A DNA stretch of 44,738 bases, taken from contig JBOGWD010000308.1 in assembly GCA_050693275.1 (NCBI GenBank), forward strand, positions 1-44,738. The letters are read 5' to 3'. The translations under genes were made by a program, and so were the position numbers. This stretch comes from Actinomycetota bacterium. Its GTDB lineage: Bacteria > Actinomycetota > UBA4738 > CALAEC01. Positions 43,038 through 44,738 of this stretch are shown here, piece by piece (positions within the stretch are counted from its first letter, which is position 1; every line of letters starts with the position of its first letter). Below the pieces are notes generated by a model that was given only the letters and a program-made list of their open reading frames with translations, was not told the DNA's origin and ran no database searches.

Positions 43038-43813
43038 TGGCGGAGGACCCAGTCCACCATGTCGGCCTCGATCTCCGTGAGATGTGGGTCCTCGTAGACC
43101 CGGGGGCGGGGGATCTCGATCGGCCGCCTCTCGAGCACCTTGCCGGGACCCGCGGTCATCACGTACACGTTGTCCCCCAGATACACCGCCTCCCGGATGG
43201 AATGCGTCACGAAGACGATCGTCTGCCCCGTCCGCTCCCAGACGTCCAGGAGCTCCCGCCGCAGGAAGCGAGCCGTCACCTCATCAAGGGTGCTGAAGGG
43301 CTCGTCCATGAGGACCAGCGTGGGCTCGATGGCCAGGGCCCGGGCGATGGCGGCCCGCTGACGCTGGCCCCCTGACAGGTTCCCGGGCCACGAAGCGGCG
43401 AACCGGCCGATGCCGCACATGTCCAGGTACCTCCGGACCCGCTCGTCCCACTCTGGCTGCGGCACCCTCGCGGCCCGAAGGGCGAGCTCCACGTTCTTCC
43501 GCACCCTCCTCCACGGGAGCAGTCGGGGATCCTGGAAGACGTAGCCCATGGCCGGCGCTTCCCTGGCCACCCGGCGGCCGTTCTCGTACAGGAGCACCCC
43601 GTCCACAGTGGCTCGCCCCCGCTGGGGTGTGAACAGGCCGCTCAGGATCCCCAGGAGCGTCGACTTCCCGCACCCGCTCGGTCCCAGGATGCAGGCGAAC
43701 TCCCCTCGCTCGATCGACAGGGTAAGACCATCGAGGGCTGGCTGTTCCGATTCCGCGTACCCGAACGTCAGATCCTCGATCTCCACCACCCGGGTGGAAG
43801 CCGGGGCGGCCAT
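42995..43813 (-). CDS. ABC transporter ATP-binding protein
   Basis: GPSGCGKST, LSGGQRQRAAIARAL, LVLMDEPFSTLD. ATG 43813 follows GGAGGG. Confidence 0.92.
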   Translation of the reverse strand: MAAPASTRVVEIEDLTFGYAESEQPALDGLTLSIERGEFACILGPSGCGKSTLLGILSGLFTPQRGRATVDGVLLYENGRRVAREAPAMGYVFQDPRLLPWRRVRKNVELALRAARVPQPEWDERVRRYLDMCGIGRFAASWPGNLSGGQRQRAAIARALAIEPTLVLMDEPFSTLDEVTARFLRRELLDVWERTGQTIVFVTHSIREAVYLGDNVYVMTAGPGKVLERRPIEIPRPRVYEDPHLTEIEADMVDWVLRQWGFYEDAPEEETP

Positions 43814-43866
43814 CTCCGTGGTCCCTCCTGCCCGCGGCTCGGGTCCCGGTGTCTCCCCGGCCCGGC

Positions 43867-44712
43867 TCACCGTGATGCCCCCCCCTCGGTCCGGCGCCAT
43901 CGGAACGTCACCCGCTCCATGGGCCGGAGGATGCCGTACTCCACGATCACCACCATGGTGATGAACAGGACCGCCCAGACCAGGAGGCGCTGGAGCTCGA
44001 AGAAAGAGTACGCCAGCTTGTATTGGTAGCCGACCCCGGTCTGCTGGGAGAACACTTCCGCGATCACCACGATCTTCCACGCCAGCGCGTGGACGTTGCG
44101 GAACGCCCCGAACAGGTACGGCGACATCTCCGGGATCGCCACGTTCCGCACACGCTGGAGCCAGGTGAACCGGTACACGGATGCCATCTCCCCCAACCGG
44201 GCGTCCAGGCTGTCGAGACCCTCGACCAGGCTGACCACCGCGAAGGGAAAGATCGTGATTCCCACGGCGAGGAAGATGCCGACCTCGGAGAGGCCGAACA
44301 CCATCAGTGCGAACAGGGCGATGGCCAGCGAGGGCGTGGAGATCGTAGCGAAGACGTACGGGGCAAAGAACCGCCGCCACCACGGCGACTGCCGCATGAC
44401 GATCGAGATCAGCACCGCAGCGCCGAATCCCAGCCCCAGCCCGAGGACCAGCCGGCGGGCTGTGTCCAGGAGGTTTGTGTAGGTCTCGGGCTCCTGGAGC
44501 AAGTCGAAGGCCGTGGCCACCGTGGACGCCGGGGATGGCAGGAAGTCGGTGCGGTCCCAGAAGAGGGACCAGGCGACCAGGACCGCGGCGATCGGCAGGC
44601 CCATCACCATCAGCCTTCGACCCCGCTCCACCCATCGCGGGGGCCGGCGCGACCAGGGAGCCAGGCCGCCCCGGACTTGGGCCTCGACTGCAGTGGCGGG
44701 TGGGCTAGCCAC
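43867..44712 (-). CDS. ABC transporter permease
   Basis: Polytopic membrane protein with EAA-like loop EGLDSLDARLGEMASVYRFTWL. GTG 44712 was used; the start is uncertain. Confidence 0.8.
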   Translation of the reverse strand: MASPPATAVEAQVRGGLAPWSRRPPRWVERGRRLMVMGLPIAAVLVAWSLFWDRTDFLPSPASTVATAFDLLQEPETYTNLLDTARRLVLGLGLGFGAAVLISIVMRQSPWWRRFFAPYVFATISTPSLAIALFALMVFGLSEVGIFLAVGITIFPFAVVSLVEGLDSLDARLGEMASVYRFTWLQRVRNVAIPEMSPYLFGAFRNVHALAWKIVVIAEVFSQQTGVGYQYKLAYSFFELQRLLVWAVLFITMVVIVEYGILRPMERVTFRWRRTEGGASR

Positions 44713-44738
44713 GATGCTCCGTCGCGCGTCCTCCTTCG

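Noticed and set aside
1-44738. CRISPR arrays, rRNA genes, retron/DGR reverse transcriptases and large tandem repeats.
   Set aside because: No regularly spaced repeat-spacer pattern, no rRNA-like conserved blocks and no reverse-transcriptase motifs were seen on reading through the window.

Overview
High-GC, Actinomycetota-like chromosomal window, densely coding, with many GTGA/ATGA start-stop overlaps. All family calls come from reading motifs by eye; no searches were run.

Layout:
- 1-2.7 kb: partial ECF-type sigma factor, YCII/DGPF protein, DUF1761 membrane protein, DEAD-box helicase.
- 2.8-6.6 kb: an unusual cluster of GT4 glycosyltransferase, PTPS-like protein, MDR dehydrogenase, SAM methyltransferase and a stand-alone GTP cyclohydrolase II.
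- 6.5-8.9 kb: a broken adenylate-cyclase/AAA-ATPase/TPR regulator gene.
- 8.9-13.4 kb: GH15 hydrolase, then hemQ, hemH and hemE.
- 13.4-21.1 kb: secreted S8 protease with a CARDB tail, a VapBC module, and actinobacterial-type Kgd (2-oxoglutarate dehydrogenase E1 with an E2-like N-terminal region).
- 22.4-29.9 kb: a GntR-controlled operon of unknown substrate (DUF1989, NitT/TauT-type ABC importer, FAH, RidA, tandem CN-hydrolase).
- 30-33.3 kb: accessory-looking stretch with a SLATT-like 2-TM protein, a stop-less paralog of a 94-aa gene, three tandem DUF1640-like tail-anchored paralogs with conserved leader hairpins, a bactofilin-like beta-helix membrane protein and a stand-alone RAM-domain protein.
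- 33.3-34.9 kb: csp and an RpoD-family sigma factor.
- 34.9-37.7 kb: a decayed mobile-DNA graveyard. It holds a tRNA-Arg(CCT)-like gene whose 3' 15-mer recurs 1.8 kb away, recombinase remnants, a tail-fibre-like gene, tRNA 3'-end fragments, GTGGAG iterons, and a truncated IS481-type transposase fused to a PPOX-like gene fragment.
- 37.7-44.7 kb: a minus-strand operon with two LLM oxidoreductases, a ThrC-like PLP enzyme, an M24 hydrolase and a second NitT/TauT-type ABC importer.

No CRISPR array and no rRNA were seen. Many long R/G/P-rich ORFs in the track are antisense artefacts of high GC content.
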